A stretch of DNA of 64,000 nucleotides, taken from Blastocystis sp. Blastoise (lineage: Eukaryota > Protista > Bigyra: Opalinata). A program made the translations under genes and the position numbers. Under the pieces are notes generated by a model, which had not been told where the DNA came from, made no database searches, and worked only from the letters and a program-made list of their open reading frames with translations. Below, piece after piece: positions 34,736 to 49,593 of the stretch. The DNA lies in NCBI GenBank assembly GCA_039096225.1, contig JBBPEB010000014.1:1798001-1862000 (forward strand), read 5' to 3'. Numbering within the stretch: position 1 is the stretch's first letter; each line of letters begins with the position of its first letter.

Positions 34736-36307
34736 TTATATACTTCCCCAGACTTCATAATCTTCTACTTTAAAATAATTAACAGCATTAGCATTATTAG
34801 TATTCACAAATAATGAATGTTTTTGAGGAGTATTCACTGTACCATAAGAATGCGAAGAACAGTAAGAATTAGTATTATTATGACAATCATTAGATATATA
34901 GATATCACAACCACCTCCAAAAGTAGGACCATAAGAAGAAGAACAACATATACCATAACTTCTATCACTATATATATAATCATATTTAGTAGGAGGAATA
35001 CCATGTTCATTACTTAATGTAAATAGAAACTCTTTAGAATGAGGTTTCCATTCTATATATATAATTCATATTAAGTATTGAACAATATATATATACCACA
35101 TGAACTATCCCAATCTTGGTCTGTATATCCTCCAAATATATTAATATGATTATTATGACCTTTATGTTTTATTATAGTTACTGTTTCTCCTTTATGATCA
35201 CAATATTTATGGAATTCATTTGCTAAATCATCATGTTCACTTGCTCTATATATAATAAAAATTAATATAACAAAATATTAATATACCTAAATAATAATTT
35301 CCATTTCTTTTCTTTTCCTATCCATTTTGATAAATAAGTAGAAAACTCTTGATTAATAATTACTGAATCTTTAAATATAAAAGGTATTAATGCTTCTTTT
35401 GCTTCTTCTCTTCCTTTTTCACCAAATAAATCATTCATTTCTTTCTCGAATAATTCTTTATTAATATCAATGATCTTTTCTTCTTCTATACTCATTTTTC
35501 CGTTACTAATAAATTGACGTATATATTCAATATATTCATATTGTTTATTCATATATAAACTATTATTTATGTGATCATAATCAATATATCCATTATCATA
35601 ATTCTTAACATAAGTATTCCATAAACCATTCTTTACTAAATATTCTTTAATAATATCATTCTTATTTCCATTTATAATTAAAGAAACTTCATCTCCTTCT
35701 TCATATTTCTTCATCTTTCGATCTCTTCTTTCTCTACAATCTATTAATTCTAAAGGAATCACTAATCCACAAAATTCAAATAAATTCAATAGTTCTAATT
35801 GTTCTTCATAAGAAAATTGATTAAAATCTACTTTCTTTCCATTCAAATAATCTAATAAATATAAGCAGCAGCATCATTTCCAGGATAATCAAGATATATA
35901 GACCCATCATTTGTTCTATATTCTTCATCACGTTGTTCTTCAATAAAAGAGCCTATTAAGGTATCTAAAACAGATTTTGATATTTGAAATATAGGACCAT
36001 TATTCGTAAATCGTATCAAATCCATATCATTATCATCATTAGCATTCATATTTACATTCATATCTCCATAATTATTATTTTCATAAACACATTTCTTTTC
36101 AAATTCATTTCTTTCACATTCTTTTTCAATACAATCATCTCTAATATGTTTTATAAGTCTATTAATTGATATTCCAGAATGTATACCAAGATTCATTACT
36201 GATCCAAATACATTAATAACATCTCTCATCAATTCTTCATATATATTAATATCCTCCTTCAATCTATTGAATTTATCAATATCAAATAATACCTTTTCTT
36301 TCACCAT
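34736..36307 (-). pseudogene. BTB-like + TLDc domain gene with a 1-nt frameshift (pseudogene or assembly indel)
   Basis: TLDc motifs WKLLFRASEH, FHKYCDHKGETVTII, IFGGY, YGPTFGGGCDIYI, FKVEDYEVW. The frame breaks at about 35860; adding one base restores AYYLLDYLNGKKVDF. Confidence 0.8.
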
Positions 36308-37869
36308 TAACGAAATAATGATAATTAAATAAATATGCTTTTTTTCCCCTGTTTATTTTCAATTAATTTTTTTATTTCCTTTTTATTCTCTTATTATTCA
36401 TATATAATAATCAACATTATATTAAATAATTAATATTCAATATAATCCACAAAAATATCTCAATAATTTACAAAAATCGGTAACTCATTGTGGATCTTCG
36501 TTTCATGTCTAATTTAAAATAATGTATTGAATACTAGTTAAAAATATAAAAGATACTAGAAACAGAGCCATATATCAAATAAATTTATATTTCTTGCATA
36601 ATTTACATTTTGATTAATAAATCTCTTATTTTACATATATACCTTTTTATTTTTTTACATAATATTCATACTTTTTTATTTGATAACTATTGTTTATTTA
36701 GAAATGAATAACTATATTTTTATGGTAATCATTCCCGATTTCTGATTGAATTTAATAATTATTATTTATTTTTATATCATATTTATATAATATGTTTTCA
36801 TTACTCAAATACTGTCTATTCTATAGCCTACTGATATAAAGATCTCTCCTTTATTTTCTATCTCCTTCTTATTTCTCTTCCATTTCTTTTTTATATTATT
36901 TTATTACCTATATATTTTATGCAACATGTTATTAATATCTCAAAATCATAATCAAAATTATAGTATAGAATATATTATCTAGATATATATATGATTAACA
37001 ACTATTTTCGATATTTTATTCAATAAGATATTATTGAATGGAAATGTTTATTGTAGATTTGTGTCGCTTATATATTAATACATACATATATTAAATATAA
37101 TTTTATTCAACCATATGCAGTTCATAATTCTCAAATAATCTTCTATATTTAAAAGTTATTTAATAAATATAAAAACAATAAAAAGAATAAAATCACAAAA
37201 TATTATTACTCTCAATACATTTTGATAAACATCTATTTCTTGACGATATATATAGTAATGTAATTATGATTAGATTCATTAATATTTTTATTTAATAATA
37301 TATATATATTAATACTTCATTATAAACTATTATATGTATTGAAAATGAAAAATATGTTTTAATAAATAATTCATTTTAATTATTTGATAACAATTGTTAG
37401 TGACTCTTTATATAAACAAAAATGATTATATAAATGAATTTAAAAAACAACAAAAAGATAAAAATGATATTTAAATCTTATTATATTAATTAAATGTTTT
37501 ATCAAGAAAGTCATTCACTTTAATCTATTTTGTAAAAACAACGTTAAAAACATTTTTTAACTATACATGAAGATATTATCCAAATAATTATATTTTTGTA
37601 GAATTATTTATGAAGTAATAATTTGTGAATACTATAACAATAAACTTATAATATCAACTAAATAGTATTCTATTATATATAAGTCATTTATATATATTAT
37701 AAAAATCTTTACTATATTTAATCAAAAGTACTTTCTTTCTTTCAAATAGAATACGAAAAGATATTAATAAAATTATATATATACTTTAAGGAAACGTTAA
37801 TATATAAAATAATATAATGACAAGGAATTCATTAAAAAAGAATATACAATAGTAAAAAAATATTAATAA

Positions 37870-40800
37870 TTATATACATAAAAGTATTTAATATAAGTTG
37901 TTAAATCTATAATATACATGGTTTTCTTGTATAAATGAAGAATCATTCAGTTGTTGTTTATATATATTAATTTGCTCATCTAAAATAGCGTTATCTAGAT
38001 AATATAATATAAAATATAAACCATTATACGCATACCGATATTACAAACAAACTCTTTCAATTTTGGAATCTTTCCAGTAATTATACAATTCATAAGTTTT
38101 GATAATTGTTCCTCATCATAAATATCTATAAGAATGAATATATATAAATAATTTATATAAATACATAATGCTAAACTTCTTATGTTTTGAGTTTTATTTT
38201 CATTTATACACTCAAATAATGTTTCTATTTCATATTTTCTTATCGGCATATCTATATTTGAATATATATTATATTTGTTAATATATTTACTTTTTGTACC
38301 AATAATTGTATATATAGATGAATTGTTATCATATTTACATCGAAAGATAGAAGTATTAGGATCATATATATAATTATAACCAGAATATTCCGTATCTATA
38401 TAATTATAAATTATTTGAATATGATAAAAAATAATTAATATACAACTTAATTCAATAGTAGTTGATGATGGAAAGTTATTATTATAAAAAAAATTAAATA
38501 ATTTCTTAATGAATGAAAGAAACCATTCTTCCTTTATAGATTTTTCTATATATATATATTAAAAAAAACGAATATAGAATAAACAATCACACAGAAAAAT
38601 AATGATTTATATAATATATTATTATTATTAACAAATACTAAGCTGGATAGATTTTAATTGTGGGAAATTATTTGTAGTAAATAGTTCAAAAAATCTATTA
38701 TCCGGTATATCTTTAATTTCTAGAATAATAATAATATTATAAAAAATATTAAGATAAAACATAGGTATATTTAATTAAAATATTATATATATTTAATATA
38801 TATACCTAGAATTAATTCAGATGTATTTAGGAAACAACCTTTAGGAATTAACCGATTTATATTAGCCATATTGTAGTCTAATAAGAAAAGTGTTAATTAC
38901 GTAAATAAACTATCTTTACACATAAATATTATATATATAAATGATTACTTTCTATATTAACAATAGAAGCCTTAGAAATTAATTTAATCATTATATTTTC
39001 TAATTCAACAACATATTTAGTTGATAATCTCTTTTTAATGAAACCTACTATAAATAGTATATATTTTATATTATAATATACAATCAATCTTTAATTTATG
39101 AATATTATTAAACTTATTCTCACTAAAAAGAGTTGATATCCATTTTAAACGTTTTGTACTTATAGAATCATCAACTATAGATATATTATACAAAGCATCA
39201 TAAATCTGTAATAATAATAATATACATGAAATAGTTAAATCATTCAAATGTTCTAATATATTACTCTTAAAAAATCTTTCTAATGAATTTCTCATATCAT
39301 CATCATCATAATTTTTATTATCTATAATATGATAAGAATTATTATTAGAATTAAAATTTAGAATTCTATATATTTAATATGCATATATACTATTGAATGC
39401 AATATCTACAGAATCAATATCTTGTTTACAGTTTTCAAAATAATATAACTTTTTTACATTATTAGAATTAGACGTATCAACTTTATATAACATAATCATA
39501 TATAAGTTATAGAAAATATAATATATAAAAATATAATAAGAAATTATTAAAAAGTATACTTAGAAATTATTATAAAAAGTATAATAAGAAATATAGAAGA
39601 AAAATATGAAAAGAAATATTTTATACTATGAAGTACAGAAAAAGAAATTAGATCTTTCTCTAATAATTCTTTTAAATGTGGGAAATCTAATATCAGATAA
39701 TCTAAATAAACAATATGAATAATTAGTTATATATGTAGTTGTATATAATTAAATGTATATATAATATAAATGTACCAGTATAATCGATACGAATTGAATG
39801 AGTATAAACTAAATCATCCACGAAATAAGCCAATGCCTCCCATCCTCCATACATTATATCATATATATGAATAGTATCAATCATAGGCAATAAATTCATA
39901 AGAAATCTGTAATCAGGGCTTTCATCACTAGCTATTAAAAAATAGTTAGTTTATATAATAAAAATGTACGTATATAAATTTGGTAGTTGATAAAATGTAA
40001 TTTTGGAAAGCACTTTTTCGTTATTAATGATAATTCGCATCTATCTATATATATATTATGTATTCTATAATATATATATACCATCATCATCATCATAATA
40101 GAGTTCAGTAACATTTGGAAATACATGAGTTGTCACTAATTTCATAGATAGATTATTATCAATCTTATCAGCTAAGATTTTAACTATATAGAATAATAAT
40201 ATTGATAATGATAACTAAATATACTCAAATGGTCTCTAAATACAGTTAAACAATTAAAAACACATTCTATCAATACTTTCATACCCGTTATATATGAATA
40301 TATAGTATAACGATCTAAAAATAAAATTTTTTAGTTTATTATATATAAATTTATTTACCTGGATATATCTCAACATTTGAAATAGAATAATATGAAATAA
40401 GATATAATAATTGAGTCATACCACATACAGAAGAAAATGTATGTACACTATATAATATATATTAAAATTAACTTACAACAATTCATATATAAAATGATAT
40501 AACTATATACTAGAGTGTCTCATCATCTTTTCCACCTATATATAATAATTAATAAAATAATAATAGAATTGAAATACTATAATAGTTAATTATGATTGTA
40601 TCATTATATGTATATTCATCTTTCGTTTTTGTAATATCAACTTGTGAATAATTATTTGCATAATCAGTTTCAGAAGCAACATATTTATATAATTTAGGTA
40701 TTTTTTTTTTCTTCTCTCAGTAATAGAATCAATTAAATTATGTGGATAATATAATTTATTAATATCTAAAGAAGAAATCTTATTATATTTATTCATATCT

Positions 40801-41737
40801 GATTCTGTATAATATTCATATTTTTCAGGATTCTCTATTCTATAGTTATGTTCTTTAAATAAGCGAGCATATTCCATCATATATTCATCACTATTTGGAT
40901 TTAATAATAGCTCAGTTTTCTTGTAATTTGTAGTTACTATATATATAATAAAATCACATATAAATCTATACCAGTTATCTTTATTTCTTTTAATGAAGGG
41001 AATATATCTTTAATACACGATGGACATATATATTCTATTGGGATATTCGATGCATAGTCATCTATATATATGTTATTATTTGGATTATACTAAATATATA
41101 TACATGTAATTTCAGCTTTAGTAATATTCATCATTTTAATAAGAAGAGAATAATATAATAACTCATTTATTCGCTGAGGTGTAAACAATCCTATATAAAT
41201 ATATATATTATTTATATATAATTAATTAATATAATTACCTTGTATACGTATTACTTTTTCAGCAGAATTGAATATACTCATAGATATACATGGCAAGTCA
41301 ACTATACTGGACTCCTTATATATAGAATAATTATTATCTTCTAAATAATCATAAAATAATTCTTTAGTATAAAATAATATATCTAATAGTTCTCCATTTT
41401 TCATCTCTATTGAGTATTCAACAAGTGTCTTATATATACCATAACGATCTTTAAAATCTAATGATAAAAAATTCATATTCCTCTCTGTCAAAAGATGAAT
41501 CACTTTATTCATAGGAAAAGAAGGCATATCTATGTAATAACTACCATCATCATATTTCTCAGAGTGTGTAATGATATCATAAAATGGTAGTTTAGTGTAC
41601 GTCTCAATAACTTCTCTGGAAATCCATATTTGCGTCTCATCTTGAAATGTAAATAAATCTAAAAAGTAAATATTATTTTTTTTTATTCAAACTCAAATAC
41701 ATTTATCTTCTATTAATTCAGGTGCAACTTCTGGCAT
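37870..41737 (-). CDS. multi-exon BTB-like N-terminus/LRR-like family protein, probably with frameshifts
   Basis: MPEVAPELIEDK|YLFTFQDETQIWIS...LPFYDII...DGSYYIDMP start, then repeated FPKL/FPQL/IPKL-type segments. Frame breaks around the poly-T at 40700; the 3' end is uncertain. Confidence 0.6.
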
Positions 41738-42049
41738 GACTTATTAAACTATAAATATACAATGATCACAAAATGAAATGCAAAACAAGATGATATTTTG
41801 AATTATTTAATATATAGATTCATAAAATATACCGTATTAAATAAGATATAATAAAATACTTTAATTATTTGAGAAAAATAAAAATAAAAGAAATCTGAAA
41901 CAAAGAGATCTCATCTCTATATAAAGACTACTAGTATCTTTCTAGTATTCTACATTTCATGATTATTATGACATAAAAATAAATCACGATTTTCTAATAA
42001 CAATTGCTTAAGAATTATATATTTCCCATGATTTTTAAAAAAGAAATAA

Positions 42050-43436
42050 TTGGGGTGTCTAAATTGCGCTAATTCATGTTCTCGGTACTTGGCCATATTT
42101 CAAACCAGAAAAAAAAAGAGATTTCCCGAGTTTTCAATCGAGCAATTCCGCGATTTTTTAATACATTTTTGTGGGCATTGTTTGTCTGAAGTCAAAACTG
42201 AGGTACAATAGAGCTTTTTTATCGAGTTTAGAGTAAATAAGTAAATGAAATTAAATTATTTTATTTTTATATGTTATAATAAAATATAAGATATATGTGA
42301 AAAAATTATAAAAATTCTAGCATTTAAAATGAAAGAGATATAGAATTGATAGTTAAAAAATAATAGAAAAAATTCAAATTATAGGGAAATAAATTAAAAT
42401 AATTATGGGAAAATAATTATTGACTGTCTTTTTTACATTTTTATTTATATTTATTTCTCATTCAATTAATTTTTTTATTCAATTATAATGATTGAAAAGC
42501 GTGTGTAGTATTATTATCTTATTTTAAAGTTTGTCGGAAAGACTGAAAACAAATGTTTTTTGAATCAACAAATTGTTTTGTTGAGAAAATACTGGTTTTT
42601 CACCATATAAACAGTCTATAAATTTACTTCATGAAGAAAATAGTGGAAAAGGGAAATGTTTCAAAGGAATAATGAATTTCAGAAAATAATAATTGTGACT
42701 ATAAAAATGCCTTTTACACACAGTTTCGAAATTTAAAAAGTTTATAAATGGTCTCCAAGTTTTAATATTATTATTAGACTAATTTTAAAAAATAATTTCA
42801 AAAAAAAAATAATTAACTTGACTTTCAAATTGCTTTTAGTGATAATAAGCAATATTCAGAAGCCATTTTTAGACCGTCAATACAATAAACGTACAATAAA
42901 TTTGATAACAATACAGAATCCGTTAACAAAACTCGTTATTTCAATAAAAAATTGCTAATAATGTATTTATAGCAAGCATCTAGATGCTTTTCAATCATTA
43001 TAATTGAATAAAAAAATTAATTGAATGAGAAATAAATATAAATAAAAATGTAAAAAAGACAGTCAATAATTATTTTCCCATAATTATTTTAATTTATTTC
43101 CCTATAATTTGAATTTTTTCTATTATTTTTTAACTATCAATTCTATATCTCTTTCATTTTAAATGCTAGAATTTTTATAATTTTTTCACATATATCTTAT
43201 ATTTTATTATAACATATAAAAATAAAATAATTTAATTTCATTTACTTATTTACTCTAAACTCGATAAAAAAGCTCTATTGTACCTCAGTTTTGACTTCAG
43301 ACAAACAATGCCCACAAAAATGTATTAAAAAATCGCGGAATTGCTCGATTGAAAACTCGGGAAATCTCTTTTTTTTTCTGGTTTGAAATATGGCCAAGTA
43401 CCGAGAACATGAATTAGCGCAATTTAGACACCCCAA
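42050..43436. mobile_element. non-autonomous foldback/MITE-like DNA transposon with 451-bp TIRs
   Basis: 42050-42500 is the reverse complement of 42986-43436 (TTGGGGTGTCTAAATTGCGC...). Direct repeat AGAAATAA at 42042-42049 and 43437-43444; 485-bp non-coding spacer. Confidence 0.93.
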
Positions 43437-44800
43437 AGAAATAAAGGAAAATATTCCTGATTTTCTCCTATTTTTCTTATACTTTTTTTGTTTCCATATG
43501 TTTTTAGTTATCCATATCATATTATTTACGTTGAATGAATTCTTTAGATATTACAATCACTCTACTATTTATCTGGAGTATATTGAACATTTTCTCAAAA
43601 GAATTATGAACGATAATCACTTATTTGGTGACTTATTGATTAATTTTATGCTTGGCTCTATTCACATGAGTATAGTGATTCTGTAAAGATATTACTACAA
43701 GAAAATCAAATACTAATATGAAAATGTGATCAAAAAAATGTTGATAAAGTGAACAAAAATTACACATATTGCTTCTATGAAAGCATTTAAAACGATTGCG
43801 CTCAATAATTTATTTTTAATTTCAAATATAATTATCTTATGAGTAATAAAAAGAAAACATCTTGAAATGATTGTCTTTTTAAAATGTTTTGACTATGAAA
43901 TTAAGTTGTTTTAGATGTATTTCATATAAATAGAGATAAATGGAAATGATAAAAGCAATAATTTGTTTTTAAATGTAACAAATATTTTCTAATTATTTAT
44001 ATTCTGTAATCATTTCACATAGATTTACAAATAATAGGGTGTACTATAGAAGCATATAGTATTATTATAAATTTCAACATTACGAAAAATTATTTAATAA
44101 AGAAAATCATTTATCATGTATATAGGTTTAAAATATTTGATTATAAAGAGTATTAATATATTATTGGATTCTTTTGATACATATACATATATATAATTAT
44201 GTTTAAAAACCTGATTAAGCTTTTCTTCAGAGTCTTCCTTCATTTTTAGCAGTTATCCTAATAACAACTGACTTTAATTTTTTTTTATAAATATAAACGT
44301 GAGTGAATATAAATGAATTCATTTTTTAAATAAAAAAGTATCACTAGTAGGCATTTTGTTTTTTAGTAAAAAAATCTATCTATTGGGTAACCAAAACCTT
44401 ATCTAAAAAATGGGCTATTTTCTTATCTAACGACAAAAAATCTTCTCTAACCATATGCCAGGAAGTTATCTAACACGTCTGACACAGCTGGCATCTTTTT
44501 TTTTAAGAGCAGTTTTTGGTGTTTTTCTTTTCTAACACAAGGCAAATATATGTCTATTTGTATTTTATCTGCTCTAAAGGTATCTATATTTTTCTCTAAT
44601 ACACATTTTAAACACATTATCATGTATTTTTAAGATAAAATTTGGGTGCTATTTGTTGGATAAAACCTGTCTTATTTATTTATTTAATCGTTGTGTGAAT
44701 GATAATTAAAATTATATTAACAAAAGACAATAAATAATAATATAATAATTAAAACAATAAGAAAAATAAGAAAAATAATAATTATTTTTGTTTGTTTTAA

Positions 44801-45417
44801 CTAAGTGGGAACCATTTTGATGACTATACATATAAAAATAATAGAAATAATAATAATATAGATAATAAATTAATATATACCTTGTAATGAAACTTCTAAA
44901 GCGACTCCATGAAGAAAAACCACAACTATAAAAATAAATGTAAACAAATATATATAATATAATAATATACCTTCAACCATCAAGAAATTGTTGACCAATC
45001 GGAACCACTGAGAAAACCTAGAACCTATATAAAAATAAAAAATAGTTAATTTCAAAAAATATTAATATAATTAAATACCTTTAGAACCATGAAGTTGTCG
45101 ACTAGGGAGACCTCCTACAACATCTGAACCTATATAAGATAATATTAATAAAAAAACTACAACAACGGAAAAAAATATACCTTTTATAGCACCGGATTTC
45201 GGATCACCTAAACCACACAACTCATGAGTTAACTTTAAAATATGAAGAGGAATCAGGACCTATTTGAAGCTATTTCGACGGACCCGTAAGCCTATATGAT
45301 ATAAAATAAATAAATTATATAGTATACATTTTAAAAACTATATAAAATAGTTGCGAATCAATTAAAAATAAAAATAAATATGAAATTTTTTAGAATTTAT
45401 TTTAAAAATACATACAT
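44801..45417 (-). other. small multi-exon transcript: microprotein with in-frame TAG, or spliced ncRNA
   Basis: GC-richer blocks 45291-45181, 45129-45079, 45024-44971, 44925-44881 and 44823-44801 are separated by AT-rich GTAT...TAG introns. An 83-codon open frame follows TAG 45260-45262. Confidence 0.6.
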
Positions 45418-46069
45418 GGCCCTAAAAATACAGAAAATCTTTTTTTTTCTATAATAAAAGTCTCTATAAATTTCTTTATTTCCAGGGGTTATCAAATCTC
45501 TAAAATTCTCCTTTTTTCTACTAAAACGTCTATTTGAATGCTAAATTGAGTTATAAATGTATTTTATATGTATTAAGCTAGATTACTTCATTACAACATG
45601 TTTCTAGACTTAAAAGAACAAAAAATTGTTATTTTTAACAGAATGTAATTTCAATTTAAAATATTTGTGAGTAATATATATATAATAGTATTTGATTCAT
45701 AATATAAATGCCATAGAGAATAAAAATATATATTTGACATAGTTGTTTATAAAGTCATAATTCACATTTACGAACATTTTTATTATAATATATTTTATTT
45801 TAATGGATTGTTGATATTATAAGTAAGTGAATGAATTGAGAAGGTTTGCAAGTTGTTATCAACATAAAATAATAAAATCTAATAAAAATATAAACAGGAT
45901 TAATACGTATTCCATTTTACTATTATTCGAAAAGAATTCTTTACAATAATCTCATTCTATAATATTTACAAAACAAAATGAATAATATATAATTAAATAT
46001 AACATAATAGAAGACATATATAAAAGTAAATAGACAATAAAAATATATATATGTATATGACTTCTTTCT

Positions 46070-46694
46070 TTATCCTATATAAATTAATTATAAAAATATC
46101 TATAATTTAGTATATATATATATATGACATTTTTCATCATCTACAATATACAAAGCGCATTATCTATCAGTCTATATAACATATATAATAATAAAATAAA
46201 AATATTAAATATAATAAGTATAATAGTATATATATATACAAGACATATAATAATGTTTTGATAATTATGGTTTTCAATGAGGGATATAAAACGCTGGTAT
46301 TATAGGAGGTATGTAGCAGTATATATATTGATGTATCTGTAGTTCATAAGTATATAATAAGCCTTGTTTGTAGTATGTCTAATATCTATCTATATATATA
46401 TATATATATAATATAATTAATAACAAATATAAAATAGTAAATAATATATAATATGCTACATCAAAAGTTATATAAAGTGAATATATATATACATAATTAA
46501 AATATTCTTGAGAGTAAGTATTTCCCGCGATTATTGATTTATAAAGACAACAAGCCACTGTAAGGAGGGAAGATGAAGGAGAAGATAAGAGGAAAGTAGT
46601 ATATAACCACGGGAATAATTAAGTATATCTAATAAAATATTTAATAAGAAGATCATATAAGTAGATGAAGAGAGATTCACATATCTATAGATTG

Positions 46695-46745
<51 letters not shown>

Positions 46746-47981
46746 GTAATAATAATAATAATAATATATACAAATTCACCTAGTGTCTTCATATCATATC
46801 TATCTTCTTTATTCGTGGCTTTCAGTTGATTACGAAGAAGAGAATATACATATTGCACATCAATAGCTATATATTATACAGAATATTAATAATAAGAAGA
46901 AGTATAATAATAATATATAAAATAAATATAATAAACATAACAAACATACAATGATCATTTTCTTCTTCTCCTTTTCCTATATAAGTAAACATATCTATCA
47001 TTTCTTTTTCTTTCTTCTTTCCTATTTCTTCTTCACCTTCAATTTCAACAGTATTCAGTATATAACTTAATCCATAAATAAGTTCTCCAGTAGGTTTTTC
47101 TTCCCCTTCTCCTCTTTCTTTCTCTTCATAAGTATTCATTAATCCTATTTCTTCTTCTTCAGGTACTTCCATATCATCATCATCCATCAAATCATTTCCT
47201 GTATCTTTATATGCACCTATGAAATAATTAGTAATAGTAGGAGGAGGAGGAAAAGGAGAACTATATACTTCTTCTAGACTATTATGACTCATATTAAAGG
47301 AAATAGAATGACTATTTATCTTCTTTAATGTATGTAATTTAGGAAGTATATAAGAAGAAGGACAACGAGCTATTTGTATAATCTCTGCTATTCTTGTTAA
47401 TAAGGTATACATAATATCTTGAGGAATAGAATTCAATTCATATTTATATATATATAGACTTACTAATATTATTTCTCTTCTTTGTATTATATATAATAAT
47501 ATGATATAATATTGTAAGTAAGAAACGAGATAGTAAGGTATATAACTGAAATGAATTTCAGAAGAAGGTTCAAAAGTATATAATAAATTGAAGAATGATT
47601 TATAACCATCATTTAAATATATTGCATTCTTAAACCATGTTGTTAAGAAGTCTATGATAATATATAATAATAATATATATATATATATATATATACAAAG
47701 CTATCTGATTTATAAAGTGGAATCAATGGAATATCACGTGCTTTTCTTCATTTGATTCGGGAGTACAAATACATCCTTAACGGAAAATATACTCACCAAC
47801 TGTTTTCTATAATAATAATAAGAATGTTATTATAATACATAATATATACAATAGAATTTCGAATAGAATCAGGAATAGGTTGTGATTCAGAGATGTCATT
47901 TAAATATAATACTAGCAATTTACTTATACTTTAATACTCTATATATAATATGAATATAAGTATTTATATATATGTATAAGT

Positions 47982-48014
<33 letters not shown>

Positions 48015-48723
48015 AGTATATATATATATATACTTGTACTGTACATATATTATCACATGTATTCAATAATAAACTTTGTAAATATTCACGTTGTTGATTA
48101 GGGAAGAGAGGGAGTAGTTGACATATAATGGTAGTTGCTTGAATGGATTCATATATACGGTTATTATGAACAGCCTCATAAAATATATCAATATCCTTAT
48201 TTGTTAAAAGGATAGCAGTACATATATATTGAAGAAGAGAGAGAGACAATCGTAATGTTTCTGTATTTAAACACTGTTGGAATAATACATCTAATATATC
48301 CTATATATATAATAAGTAATATATATATATAGTTATATATACTCTGTCTCGTATGTATTGAACAAGTGATTTATAAATAGCAGATTTCTTTATCGTTTGA
48401 AGATCATGAAATAATGTAGTTAAATTAGTTATTCCCTATATATATATATATATGAAATTATTATATACATCAATTCTATTCTTCATATTCGATCTCATCA
48501 ATATATATATATATATATATTAATATATAATTTTTGATAATCACAAGGATCTTGATAACTATATATATATATAAATAAATCATAATAAAAACTAATAATA
48601 ATTACATTTTTCGTTTTTCAGCAAATTTCAGTGTATTAATATATTCATCAACATCAATTTGGCGGGGAAAATCACTTGGTAAAAAATTTTAATAACTATA
48701 TATATAATAATAATAAATACACC

Positions 48724-48754
<31 letters not shown>

Positions 48755-49150
48755 ACACCTTTCATTACAAATAGTTTCAAGTGAAGGAAGAGAGTAACTA
48801 TATATATATATATATATATATGCTTAATTTATACATAGAAAATAAGTATTCAAACTATATATGTAATAACAGTAATAACATAATATATATATATATATAC
48901 ATCTTTTCCAAGGTTAACATCTGCCAATAATAGTTGTAATACAGTTATATATTCATATAAAGAAGCCTCTATAGATTTATATAAAGAGTAATAATATTAA
49001 TAATAATGTAGTTTATCTCTATATACCTCAACATATAACTTGAGGTACATACAGAGAATAGTGTCCGTTAAAGTGGAGATTGAGGGAGTCACGAGATGAT
49101 CACATGATGAAATATCTAGAATCTTCTATATATCTGGATGTACATCGAAA
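46070..49150 (-). pseudogene. uncharacterised multi-exon gene remnant(s)
   Basis: Exon-like blocks with GTAT/ATAG borders (ORFs 47920-48249, 46867-47436), but several blocks have stops in all plausible frames; no family recognised. Confidence 0.4.
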
Positions 49151-49533
49151 CTATAAATAAGTATTTATATAAAACCTATTATCATTATTATATATAAGTG
49201 CATAATATTAATTAGAAACAAAGGATTAAAAAATATGTTATCATATAAATACCATATATATATATATAATATAAATAATATACTTTTTATTCTTATAGTA
49301 ATAAGTAAGTTGTTATTTCGAATGTATATTGTAAGAATAAATGACGAAAAGAAATGATACATCAGGTAACAAAATAGCTTGAATCTATAGATTGATAATT
49401 AATATAATAATAAACTAAAAGATAATTATAATAATAATATATATATTTACTTGAATATTCTATTATCTATAAATCTTCACATATTTATATCAATTGAAAT
49501 AAGTTCAATAGCTATTCTTACATATAATTCTAA

Positions 49534-49562
49534 TCATAAAACAAGTTGTATCTCATATTCTA

Positions 49563-49593
<31 letters not shown>

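Noticed and set aside
43275-43686. ORFs overlapping the foldback right arm as a transposase
   Set aside because: Short, with no DDE or hAT motifs; they run out of the element into flanking DNA.
45250-45265. Antizyme-like UCC-UGA +1 frameshift site
   Set aside because: The +1 frame closes after about 10 codons and shows no antizyme similarity.
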